Below, piece after piece: positions 23,522 to 32,848 of a DNA stretch of 64,000 nucleotides. The position numbers and the translations under genes are program-made. Source of the stretch: a bacterium. Its GTDB lineage: Bacteria > JADJOY01. Under the pieces are notes generated by a model that worked only from the letters and a program-made list of their open reading frames with translations, ran no database searches and was not told the origin of the DNA. How positions within the stretch are numbered: position 1 is the first letter of the stretch; each line of letters begins with the position of its first letter. The stretch covers positions 310,001 through 374,000 of the forward strand of contig JAXLQJ010000001.1 of NCBI GenBank assembly GCA_046331705.1, in the 5' to 3' direction.

Positions 23522-25150
23522 ATGGTCCGGACCCTGCGTCGCGCCTGCCCGTCTTGCGGCAAGCCTGGGTTCTACATCGAGGGCCGCCGCCGCACGTCGT
23601 GCTTCTATTGCGGCAAGCCCATCCTCCAACCGCCCACCCGTCGGCAGGTGCTGGTGGATTTCCGGTGCCCGGCGTGCGAGGTGGTCTCGGAGGTGGAGGA
23701 CACCGCGTCGATCGTGCGTTGCCCGGGTTGCCGCCGAGGCTTCGCGTGGGTGCACGACGAGCCCGTGCCGCGCTGGTGTGTCCGCGACGTCGTGTCGCGC
23801 GATCGCGCCGTCCGCCTCGCCGAGAAGCGCGGCCTCGGGAAGATCGAGGAGGCGACGCTCTTCCTGGCGCCCTACTGGCTCTTCCGCGCGGTCGAGCTCG
23901 GCTGGGTGCTCGGCAACGAGAAGCTGACGGATGCGGGCGTGCGCAAGCGGCGCGGCGTGGATCCCGCGCGCGACGATCCCGGCCGCGAGAGCGTGGCCCC
24001 CATCGGCGGCAAGCTCGAGTACACCAAGAAGGAAGCGCACCGCGCGGTGCAGGAGTACCTCGCCGATCCGAGCGCCGAGGCCTTCGGCTGGAAGCCCGTC
24101 GCCAAGCACGCCGAGGGCGCGGTGCTGGCGCCTTTCGACGTCGCCGAGATCGAGCCCCGCGCCCGGGTGCTGGCGACGGCCTGGGATCGAGCGCAGGCAC
24201 TCGACGAGGGGGCGCGCCGAATCCAGCTCCGCGCCCTCGTCGACGAAGGGCAGCTCTATCGATTCTTCGAGCACCGCGTGCTGCTGCGCGAGACCCTCGC
24301 GATCGTCTATCACCCGTTCTGGGTGCTCTTCTTCGAGCCTCCCGACGTCCCGGGTCGCGAATCGATCCCGCGCGACTGGATGGTGGTGGACGCGGTGGCG
24401 GGCGAGGTCACTCGCGAGCCCCAGGCCGGCGGCCCCGCGCTCTTTCGCATCCCCACCACCGCGCTCCCGGAGACGCCGTCGCGCACCGAGCGACTCGGCT
24501 GCCCCGCCTGTCACGACCCGCTCGATGCGGTCGAGCCCGCCGCCGGCGCCACCGTGATCGCGTGCCCCGGCTGCAGCGCCGCGTTCGAGGTGAGCGCGCG
24601 TGGATTGCGCCCCGTGGAGTCGCGCTTCGTCGAGCCCGTCGAGGGCGCCGCGGAAGAGACCGGCGAGCAGGTGTACGTGCCGGTCTGGCGCTACCGCGTG
24701 CGCATCAAGAGCGAGCGGCGCGAGCTCAAGAATCGCGGCCACTGGAAGCGCTTCATCCGCGCCGTCGATCCCTCGCCCGATCCCAACGACGTCGCGCGCT
24801 CGATCGTCTTCTACTCGGTGGCGGCGGGCGCCGCACGCACCGCGCGCCTCGACGCGCTCTCGCTCGCGCTCACGCGCCTTCAGCCCGAGCTGCGCTTCGT
24901 GGCGCCGCGGCCGCCGGCGCGCGTGCTGCCCGCGGCGTTCGGTGCCGACGACGCGCGTCGTCTCGGCTTCGCGACCTACCTGACGCTCTTTCGCGATCTC
25001 ACGCTCAAGAGCATCGACGGCCTGAAGCGCACCGAGCTCGTGACCCAGGAAGCGGAGCTCATCTACTACCCGTGCGTCCGGAACCGGGGCGAAGTCCAGG
25101 ATCCGCGCCTCGGCGTCTCCATCCAGCTCGGCCCCGCCCACGATTCATGA
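23522..25150 (+). CDS. Multi-zinc-ribbon protein of unknown function
   Basis: Six CxxC motifs (CPSC, CFYC, CPAC, CPGC, CPAC, CPGC); repeated (Y/A)xPxW-type motifs. Confidence 0.75.
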   Translation: MVRTLRRACPSCGKPGFYIEGRRRTSCFYCGKPILQPPTRRQVLVDFRCPACEVVSEVEDTASIVRCPGCRRGFAWVHDEPVPRWCVRDVVSRDRAVRLAEKRGLGKIEEATLFLAPYWLFRAVELGWVLGNEKLTDAGVRKRRGVDPARDDPGRESVAPIGGKLEYTKKEAHRAVQEYLADPSAEAFGWKPVAKHAEGAVLAPFDVAEIEPRARVLATAWDRAQALDEGARRIQLRALVDEGQLYRFFEHRVLLRETLAIVYHPFWVLFFEPPDVPGRESIPRDWMVVDAVAGEVTREPQAGGPALFRIPTTALPETPSRTERLGCPACHDPLDAVEPAAGATVIACPGCSAAFEVSARGLRPVESRFVEPVEGAAEETGEQVYVPVWRYRVRIKSERRELKNRGHWKRFIRAVDPSPDPNDVARSIVFYSVAAGAARTARLDALSLALTRLQPELRFVAPRPPARVLPAAFGADDARRLGFATYLTLFRDLTLKSIDGLKRTELVTQEAELIYYPCVRNRGEVQDPRLGVSIQLGPAHDS

Positions 25151-25241
25151 GGCGTGCGGATCGCGCACCGCGACTCGCCGCGCGCCCTCGATCGCTGCCG
25201 ACGCCGGGTGCAGATCTGGGATGGATCTCGGAACGACCGCG

Positions 25242-27383
25242 TCAGAACGTGAGCTCGCCGGGGCGCCAGCGCACGCTCAGCAGCGCCTGCCAAGTGCGCG
25301 GCGTCTCGGCCGACACGAACGGGCCGAGCCAACCTTGGATCTGGCTCTCGGGCTTCGACCAGTACGTGTAGCCCGCTTCCAGGCCGAAGCTCAGCAGGCC
25401 CCAGCCCTGCACGTCGGCGTTCGACGGTCGCCCCTCTTCGAGGTCCGCGGGCACCGGCGCCACCAGTCCGAGTGGGTAGTGGTGGTAGAGCTTCATGCCC
25501 GCCTCGAAGTTGCGGTCGCTGCCTTCGGACAGATCCTGGCGATAACCGGCGAACGCCGCCAGCTCCCAGCGCAAGCTCTGAGTGCGCGCGAGCCCGCGGA
25601 TCCCCACCACCACGCGCGGCGACACGTCGGTCTTGGGCTCCTCGTCCGCGGGCGTGGTGCCGGGCCAGACGCTTTCCAGGCTGAAGCCCACGTACGGAAG
25701 CAGCCGCTTGGTCAGGTAGTCACGGGTGTTCGCGTTGCCGAACGCGTTCGCGACCGCGTCGAACTCGAAGGCGCGGATCGCGCTGCGGCCGGTGGCGCCG
25801 TCGTACTGGAACTCGCCCACCTTGCCGCCGAGCCCCCAGATTCCTTCCGGGCGGCAAGCCCGAAACCACGAGGCCACCGGCGCGTGCAGCTCGTCGGTCT
25901 CCTGGTCGCGGCAGAAATAGACGCTGTCGGACTCGGCCACCACGAAGCGGGCCACCACGTCGCGGCGGCCGCGATCGTCGTTGACGTCGAAGATCAGCGC
26001 CCGGATGTCGCCGCCGGGAATGTCGGCGTCGAACACGCGGATCTCGCCGCCACCCGCGAGCCGGCCCTCGTCGTTGACCGAGGCGCCCACGATGAGCTTG
26101 AGATCGAGCAGGTGGAAGCCCGCCACGCGTCCTTCCATCTGGATGCGGCAGATCGGATCGGAGGCACCACAGACGCTCGCCGTGTCCCGCGCCACCGGCG
26201 CCGTGGCGGCGGGTGGCGGCGCGCTCGTGCTCGCGTCCGGTGCCGCCGCCGGTCGCGCACCCGCCACGCGGCGCGGCGCATCCGGGCTCTCGAACTCGGG
26301 CCCCAGCTCGGTGATCATCTGGTCGCGCACGGTGGCGATGATCCAGCCGAAATCGAGCGAGGTGATGCGCTCGATGCCGAGTGCCGCGAACGGCGCGCCG
26401 TGGAGCAGCGTCAGGTCGGGATCGATCTCCAGCCGGTAGTACGTCGAGAGCGCCTCGCCGCTCGGCGTGCGCTCGGGGACCTCGACGGGTTGCGCCGGCG
26501 TCGCGCGGCCGCCGCAGAGCTCGGCGTCGCCGCCGGGCACCCGCCACGGGGTCACCACCGGCCCCACCGCGAGCGAGCGGCGCGTCACCAGATCCGTGTC
26601 GGGAACGAAGCGGCGACTGTCCCACCAGAGCCCGTCGATCATCTGGAACGCGCGCCTCGTGAGCGCTCCCGGGACGGGGTCGAGCGCCAGCGTTGCGGCG
26701 GCCATCTCGTCGTCCATCGCCTCGTCGAACGGCTGCGCCGAGCGGTAGGCGTGCACGCCGAGCTCGGTGCCCACCACGTTCGAGTAGAAGTCCTCGGGCG
26801 AGAACGCCGAGAGCCGCTCGGGAAAGACCGGCACCAGCGAGAAGCCGTACCAGCTCGCAATCTCGTGCCAGAGCGAGAGATCCAGCGCGATGCGCCGCGC
26901 CACCAGCGCGATCACCTCTTGGCGATCCCCCGCGATGGAACGCGCCGGCAAGACCAGTCGCCGTCCCCCCGCTTCCGCCGGCAGCTCGAGCGTCTTGCCC
27001 GAGCCCAGAAGTGTCTCGAGCTGGGACATCAGGTAGGCGGTCCAGTCGGCGTTGTCGCGGACGTGCGCGAGATCGATGAAGCCGGCGCGGCAGGTGTAGA
27101 GGTGGGCGTTGCGCTCCTCGAGGCGCAGCGCACCCGCGTAACTGTGCTTGCCGAAGGGCCGGGACGCGGACACGTTTCCGATCCGAATCGGAAACTCGAC
27201 ACTGCCGATCCGCGGCGCGAGGTTGTAGCCGAGGGCACAGCAAGCCCGGAGCGACGGCGGCTTGTCGGGGGGCGACGGCGGCAACGCGAGCGCGGGCGCG
27301 GCCAGTGCGGCGAGCGCCGCCACCAGCGCGACGCCAGCGAAGAGCCGAGCGCCGCGCACTCGCGCACGAGGGTCGTTGAGCAT
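25242..27383 (-). CDS. Secreted DUF4056-like protein with C-terminal beta-strand-rich extension
   Basis: Signal-like N-terminus; LRACCALG, LYTCRAGFIDLAHVRD, SAFSPEDFYSN; Pro/Ala linker; ends in F. Confidence 0.72.
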   Translation of the reverse strand: MLNDPRARVRGARLFAGVALVAALAALAAPALALPPSPPDKPPSLRACCALGYNLAPRIGSVEFPIRIGNVSASRPFGKHSYAGALRLEERNAHLYTCRAGFIDLAHVRDNADWTAYLMSQLETLLGSGKTLELPAEAGGRRLVLPARSIAGDRQEVIALVARRIALDLSLWHEIASWYGFSLVPVFPERLSAFSPEDFYSNVVGTELGVHAYRSAQPFDEAMDDEMAAATLALDPVPGALTRRAFQMIDGLWWDSRRFVPDTDLVTRRSLAVGPVVTPWRVPGGDAELCGGRATPAQPVEVPERTPSGEALSTYYRLEIDPDLTLLHGAPFAALGIERITSLDFGWIIATVRDQMITELGPEFESPDAPRRVAGARPAAAPDASTSAPPPAATAPVARDTASVCGASDPICRIQMEGRVAGFHLLDLKLIVGASVNDEGRLAGGGEIRVFDADIPGGDIRALIFDVNDDRGRRDVVARFVVAESDSVYFCRDQETDELHAPVASWFRACRPEGIWGLGGKVGEFQYDGATGRSAIRAFEFDAVANAFGNANTRDYLTKRLLPYVGFSLESVWPGTTPADEEPKTDVSPRVVVGIRGLARTQSLRWELAAFAGYRQDLSEGSDRNFEAGMKLYHHYPLGLVAPVPADLEEGRPSNADVQGWGLLSFGLEAGYTYWSKPESQIQGWLGPFVSAETPRTWQALLSVRWRPGELTF

Positions 27384-27495
27384 GAGCGGTTCCCCGGCGC
27401 CAGGTGCGCCGGGCCGCCATCTTGCCCGCAGCCCCGCGAGTCGTCGAGTCGGACGGAGGCGCGGCAGCGCGGCGCGAGCGAAGGAGCGGAGCACC

Positions 27496-28296
27496 ATGGC
27501 GCGGACGAAATCGCATCGCATCGTCTCGTGGAACGTGAACGGCATCCGCTCGGTCACGAAGAAGGGATTTCGCGACTGGCTCGACGCGAGCGGCGCCCAC
27601 ATCGTGGGGCTGCAGGAGGTGCGCGCCGGCGAGGATCAGGTCCCGGCGGAGATCCGCGCCGCCGACGGCTGGCATTCGCATTGGGTCGCCGCCGAGAAAG
27701 CCGGCTACAGCGGGGTCGGCATCCTGGCGCGCCGCCCGCACGACGACGTGCGCACCGCGCTCGGCTCGCGCCCCCACGATTGCGAGGGACGCCTGCAGAT
27801 CGCGCGCTTCGGCGCCCTCACGATCGTGAACGGCTACTTCCCGAACGGCACCGGGCCCAACCGAGACAACAGCCGAATCCCCTTCAAGCTGCGCTTCTAC
27901 AAGAAGCTCTTCGATTTGCTCGAGGTCGAGAAGAACCGCGGTGCCCGCATCCTGGTGCTGGGCGACTTCAACACCGCCCACGAAGAGATCGACCTCGCGC
28001 GGCCCAAGGAAAACCGGGAAACCAGCGGCTTCACCGAGATCGAGCGGAAGGAGCTGGCGCGCTGGCTGGCGAACGGCTGGGTGGACACCTTCCGCCACTT
28101 CGAGAAGGGCGGCGGGCACTACACCTGGTGGAGCCAGCGCTTCGGCGTCCGCGAGAAGAACATCGGCTGGCGCATCGACTACGTCCTCGCCTCGCCCGCC
28201 GCCATGGAGCACGTCCGCGGCGCCGCCATCCATCCCGAGGTGAAAGGCTCCGATCACTGCCCGATCAGCGTCGACGTCGAGGACGGGATCTTCTGA
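27496..28296 (+). CDS. xth: Exodeoxyribonuclease III / AP endonuclease
   Basis: SWNVNGIR, LQE, GYSGV, YFPNG, GDFNTAH, YTWWS, GWRIDY, SDHCP; SD AAGGAG. Confidence 0.96.
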   Translation: MARTKSHRIVSWNVNGIRSVTKKGFRDWLDASGAHIVGLQEVRAGEDQVPAEIRAADGWHSHWVAAEKAGYSGVGILARRPHDDVRTALGSRPHDCEGRLQIARFGALTIVNGYFPNGTGPNRDNSRIPFKLRFYKKLFDLLEVEKNRGARILVLGDFNTAHEEIDLARPKENRETSGFTEIERKELARWLANGWVDTFRHFEKGGGHYTWWSQRFGVREKNIGWRIDYVLASPAAMEHVRGAAIHPEVKGSDHCPISVDVEDGIF

Positions 28297-28359
28297 GGCA
28301 AGTTCGGCGCGGTGGAGGTGATTGGGGCGCGCCGCGACCGGTGCCACATTGAGCCCGCC

Positions 28360-28734
28360 ATGACTGCAACCAAAGCCAGTGCCAAGCACAAGAAGATCTA
28401 CAAGGTTCGCTTCCAGAACGAGGGCAAGATCTTCGAGATCTTCGCCCGCGAGGTGAGCCAGGGGCATCTCTTCGGATTCGTCGAGGTCGCCGATCTGGTG
28501 TGGGGCACCAAGTCGGAAGTCATCATCGATCCGAGCGAGCAGGAGCTTCGCAACGAGTTCGCCGGCGTCACGCGCATCCACATCCCGATGCACGCGCTGA
28601 TGCGCATCGACGAGGTCGAGAAGGGCGGCGCCGGCAAGATCATCCCCTTGCCCACGCCGGTCGCCGGCAAGGGCACGTCCGCTCCGAGCCCGATCTACAC
28701 GCCCGCGCCGAAGGGCCCGCACTCCACGAGCTGA
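28360..28734 (+). CDS. DUF1820-family protein
   Basis: IYKVRF.NEGKIFEI, FGFVEV, DPSEQEL.NEF, IPMHA..RIDEV pattern. Confidence 0.8.
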   Translation: MTATKASAKHKKIYKVRFQNEGKIFEIFAREVSQGHLFGFVEVADLVWGTKSEVIIDPSEQELRNEFAGVTRIHIPMHALMRIDEVEKGGAGKIIPLPTPVAGKGTSAPSPIYTPAPKGPHSTS

Positions 28735-29284
28735 TACCGCATCGCGCGCAAGTCGCAGGTCTACGGTCCGGGGCGGCCGTAGGCTGCCGCCCATCGGACG
28801 ACCTCGCGCCGCAGTTGCGTCGCCGCAGGTACCCGGGCCATTCGATCTCCCAAGCAACTACCAATTCGTCCCAAAATAGTAATGGATCGCAGCTGCCGGA
28901 AATCGTGCATCGTCGAGAGAACGTCACACGCCGGCGCCGTCCTCAGCCATGAAGATCCCCCCAGCGCACCGCTCTTCCCTGAGCTCGGGCGCGAGATCCA
29001 CGGGTCCGGCCGCATGGAGACCCTCGTCCATGCAGATGCCAGCCCTGCGACAGCAGGACCGCTGCTTCCACTCGGACGAGCTTCGCCTTTGGACACCTCC
29101 TGCGGGGCGAACGCACCGCGAATGGTGGCTCGCGCTCGAGCTCATGCGCGACAGCACCCGTCGCGACATTCCTCTCGCGGACTCATTCCGAAGGACGTTC
29201 GCATTCACCCTGCCGGACCCCCATCGCGACGCGCTCCCGGGTGGGCGTGCTGCGCGCGTTCGGGGCGATCTGTAGAATCGAGGG

Positions 29285-31225
29285 ATGACCAAGCGCGCAC
29301 CCACCCTTCTCTTCGTTGCATTGCTTTTCTCCGGTCTCCTGCCCGTTCCCAGCCGCTTTGCGGAGCTCTCGCTCGCGTCGTTCGGCCCGTGGGCGCCCAC
29401 CGATCCGCTGCCACCGGTGACCTTGCCGGCGGGCATCCACGTGCGAACCGGCTCGTGGAATCTCTACGGCGGCAATTGGGCGGACGGCGCGACGATCGGC
29501 GCCGCCCTCGCCCCGCTGAACCTCGATCTCGTCGGGCTTCAGGAGGATCCGAGCGCGGATTTCAACGCGGCCGTCGCGAGCGCCGCCGGCTTCCCGTACG
29601 CCTACTACGGCAGCCACGGCGAGGCGCTGCTCTCGAAGACGGTGCTGGTTGCCCCAGAGACCGTGGTGCTTTCCACCGGCCGCACCTTCGTCCACGCCCA
29701 CACCACGATCGGCGGGGTGGATTTCTCGGTCTATTCGGCCCATCTCGGCTGGAACGTGGACGGCAATCGCGATTGCCGTGAGCTCGTCGACGCCTTCCTC
29801 GCGACGGATCCCACGCCGTACAAGATCGTCGTCGGCGACTTCAACGACGAGCACGGAAGCGACCAGATCACGATCCTCGAAGAGGTGCTGAAGGACTCGT
29901 GGACGACTCTCGGCTGGTATCCGGGGGAGCGCGTGTCGTGGCCGTCGAAGCGCTTCGATGGCTCGGAGGGAAATCAGCTCATCGATCTGATCTTCACCAA
30001 CGCGAGCGCGGGCGCGATCGTGGTGGCGGGCGACGTCGTGAATCTCACGCCCGTGCCCTCCGATCACAAGCCGGTCTGGGCCGAGCTGCTCTTCGCGAGC
30101 GACCCCGGCCACCCGTTCACCGAGGACCCGTTCGCCGATCAGCGTCGCCCCGACCATCGCTTCCCGCCGGTCGGCTCGCGGCCGCCCAACCTGCTCGCGA
30201 ATCCGGGCTTCGAATCGAACCTGTCGAGCTGGAGCGCGGAAGGCGGCATGACCGCCGTCGCCGCGCGCGAGAACCAGGTGGCGCACAGCGGCTCGCTCTT
30301 CGCCACCGGCCAGGGCGGTTGCTCGGGCACTCACTCGCGCGCCCGCCAGACCGTGAGCCTCGCGTCACAGGCGAGCACCATCGATCAGGGGCGCGGGCAG
30401 CTGCTCGTCTCCGGGTGGATGACCACCGGCTACCAGATCATCACGGACGCCTACGGCTCGAGCAATCAAGTGCGGCCCTACGACGAAGCGGAGATCCGCG
30501 TCGAGATGAAGGACGGCGCTGGAAAGCTGCTCGGTGTCGAGACGTCCGCGCGCCGCGACACGCTGGATTGGTGGCCGTACTACGCGCTCGTGGACGTGCC
30601 GCCCGGAACGCGTAGCGCCACCGTGGTCCTCACCTCGACGCGCGACTACGTCAACTTCCTCTCCAACGACGCGATGTTCGACGACGTGTACCTGGGCTTC
30701 CAAGCGCTGCCGGCGCCGCACGATCGGCTCGCCGGCAACCTGCTCGTGAATCCCGAGGCCGAGAGCGGCAATCTCACCGGCTGGACCGCGACCGGCGCCA
30801 TGGGCGTCCTCGCCGACATGAACCTCGAAACCGATCCCTATCCGCTCAAGAGCGGCTCGGGGGATTGGCTCTTCATCACCGCGCTCGGGAACACCGCCGC
30901 GGCGTCGATGCGCCAGGACGTCGATCTCACGCCCTGGGCGGGCACCATCGACCTCGACCAGCTCTCGCTCATCTGGGGCGGCTTGATGCGCAGCTACGAG
31001 TCGCTCGCCGCCACGAGCCTCTCGGTCGAGTTCCTGGCCGCGGGCGGCGCGCCGCTGGGCGGCGCGGCACTCGGTCCGAGCGCCGCGGCGGAATGGCTCG
31101 AGTACGAGCGCAAGGACGCTGTGCCTCCCGGCACGCGCACCGCGCGCTTCACCGCGTCCTACGCCGGCGGCGCCGCCGACCAAGGACTCTTCGACCTGCT
31201 GTACCTGGTGCCGGCCCAGCGCTGA
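29285..31225 (+). CDS. Secreted endonuclease/exonuclease/phosphatase-family protein with two C-terminal galactose-binding-like repeats
   Basis: SWNL, GLQE, SAHL, GDFND, IDLIF, SDH. Repeats begin NLLANPGFE and NLLVNPEAE, each with a Q.V.L...IDxG/D segment and VPPGTR.A. Confidence 0.85.
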   Translation: MTKRAPTLLFVALLFSGLLPVPSRFAELSLASFGPWAPTDPLPPVTLPAGIHVRTGSWNLYGGNWADGATIGAALAPLNLDLVGLQEDPSADFNAAVASAAGFPYAYYGSHGEALLSKTVLVAPETVVLSTGRTFVHAHTTIGGVDFSVYSAHLGWNVDGNRDCRELVDAFLATDPTPYKIVVGDFNDEHGSDQITILEEVLKDSWTTLGWYPGERVSWPSKRFDGSEGNQLIDLIFTNASAGAIVVAGDVVNLTPVPSDHKPVWAELLFASDPGHPFTEDPFADQRRPDHRFPPVGSRPPNLLANPGFESNLSSWSAEGGMTAVAARENQVAHSGSLFATGQGGCSGTHSRARQTVSLASQASTIDQGRGQLLVSGWMTTGYQIITDAYGSSNQVRPYDEAEIRVEMKDGAGKLLGVETSARRDTLDWWPYYALVDVPPGTRSATVVLTSTRDYVNFLSNDAMFDDVYLGFQALPAPHDRLAGNLLVNPEAESGNLTGWTATGAMGVLADMNLETDPYPLKSGSGDWLFITALGNTAAASMRQDVDLTPWAGTIDLDQLSLIWGGLMRSYESLAATSLSVEFLAAGGAPLGGAALGPSAAAEWLEYERKDAVPPGTRTARFTASYAGGAADQGLFDLLYLVPAQR

Positions 31226-31339
31226 CGCGCTCCGGTGCTCGCCGCGGGAGGCGATGGGCGGTCGTCCCTCGCGGCGGGATCTCGGCGGCGGCGAGAGCCG
31301 CGCACGGTGGCGGCCGGATCGGGCAGCGCGGATGGGCGG

Positions 31340-31690
31340 TTACTTGGCGCGCGGGTTGCGCCAGGCGTCCCAGTCCTGCTGGATGCGGGCCCATTCCTTG
31401 GCGCCGATTCCGGTGACCCGCGCCAAGCGCAGCGCGGTGTCGGCGGTGATGCGCGCCTTGCCGCGCACCAGCTCGCGCACGTGAGCCGCGGAGACGTTGA
31501 GATCCTTCGCGAGCGCCGCCTCACTGACGGCGCGCGCCTTCAGGTACTTCTCGAGCAGCACCTGTCCGGGATGCGGCGGCGCGGGCTCGGGGGGAGGCGC
31601 AGGAGCCGTGACACGCGGCGGCGGCGCGGCAGCCGGCTGCGCCCCGGGACGGCGAATGCGCGTGCGCGATTTCGGAGCCTCGGAGGTCAT
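31340..31690 (-). CDS. HigA-family antitoxin-like HTH protein (orphan)
   Basis: PPHPGQVL, LAKDLNVS, ELVRGK..ITADTALRLAR, W..IQ.DWD. Confidence 0.85.
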   Translation of the reverse strand: MTSEAPKSRTRIRRPGAQPAAAPPPRVTAPAPPPEPAPPHPGQVLLEKYLKARAVSEAALAKDLNVSAAHVRELVRGKARITADTALRLARVTGIGAKEWARIQQDWDAWRNPRAK

Positions 31691-31700
31691 GGCCCCAAGC

Positions 31701-32817
31701 TTACGTGCTGGGGCGCTCGCTTCCACCCGTCCTGGCCTCGAGACGGACGATGAAATCCGCGATGGGAGCGGTGGCGGCGACATGGCCGGCGGCGGTCCAG
31801 TGCAGGTCGTGGGGGTAATAGTCGGTCTCGATCGAGCGCGCGGCGAACGCCGGGCGCAGATCGAGGACGGCAAGACCGGCCTCGGCGGCGACCCGTGCGA
31901 CGGTGTCGAGCTTGGCGTCGCACGCAGCGCGGCTCCCGGCTTCGAAGCAGCCCTTGTGCGGCACCAGCACGAGGCCGAGCGGCAGCGACCACTCGCGTGC
32001 GTCGCTCGCGAGCCGGCGGTAGAGCGAGGTCAGGAGGCGCAGCGCGTCGGGAGTGAGCGGCTCGTCGAGGGCGTTCCCGCCGCGTTCGCTCGGGCGGCAC
32101 GCTCGTATCGGTGCCGTGTCGTCGGTCCTCGGTGCGCGCCAGCTTGAGCCGGATCCGTCCGAGGAGCTGCGAGCGCGAGGTGATCCAGCGGTAGGCCGGC
32201 TGCTCCGCCAGCCACTGGATTCGCTTGGGCGGTGGGTGGGCGGAATACGCGGGCACCACGCGCGCGAGGCTCGTTCCGTCCGCGGCGAGCTCGAACGGGC
32301 GGCATTCGCGATCGTCGCGGGGATCGTTGGCGAAGAAGGTCACGAGCGCCACGTCGGGTCTGCGCCCCGAGGTCATCAGGTCTTCGAGGCGCGCCAGGTG
32401 CTGAGCCGTTCCGTGGCCGCCGATGCCGAGGTTCCACGCGTCCCAGCGGCCCGCGCCGCGCTCCGCGAGCGCCGCCGGCAAGCGCGCCACGAAGGTCTCG
32501 TCGTCCGCGACCCCTTCGCCGAAGACCATCGAGTCGCCGATCACCGCGACGGAGCGCGGCGCCGGCGCGCTCTCGGGCGATTGCGCGCCGGACCTGCGCC
32601 AGCCGCGCTCGTCGGTGCGGAAGGCGTGGCGGAAATCGACCGTCGTGATGAAGCCGTCGTTCGACGGCCAGAGCTCGGTGCAATACCGCGCGGAGGTGCG
32701 AAATCGCGGCGAGTTGAGTGGGATCGGCGCGGCGATCCGAAGCAGCGCCTCGAGGGCCGCCGCGCACGTCACGGCGAACGCCGCCGCGAGCCCCAAGCGC
32801 CGCACCCAGCGCTTCAT
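31701..32817 (-). pseudogene. SGNH/GDSL hydrolase-family protein with N-terminal TM anchor, frameshifted near 32060-32130
   Basis: IGDSMVFG, NLGIGG and FFAND lie in one frame; the catalytic DLHW..AGH lies in another (ORF 31701-31970). Likely an indel error. Confidence 0.7.
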
Positions 32818-32848
32818 CGTGCGTGCGCCCTCGCGCCGCCCGCTCGGC

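Noticed and set aside
24499-24514. CPACH as a c-type heme-binding motif
   Set aside because: Single occurrence paired with a downstream CPGC in a protein with no signal peptide; a zinc ribbon is more parsimonious.
28882-29275. Small ORFs between DUF1820 and the EEP gene (e.g. 28949-29275 +)
   Set aside because: No recognisable motif or SD, and atypical codon pattern; cannot be supported as CDS.
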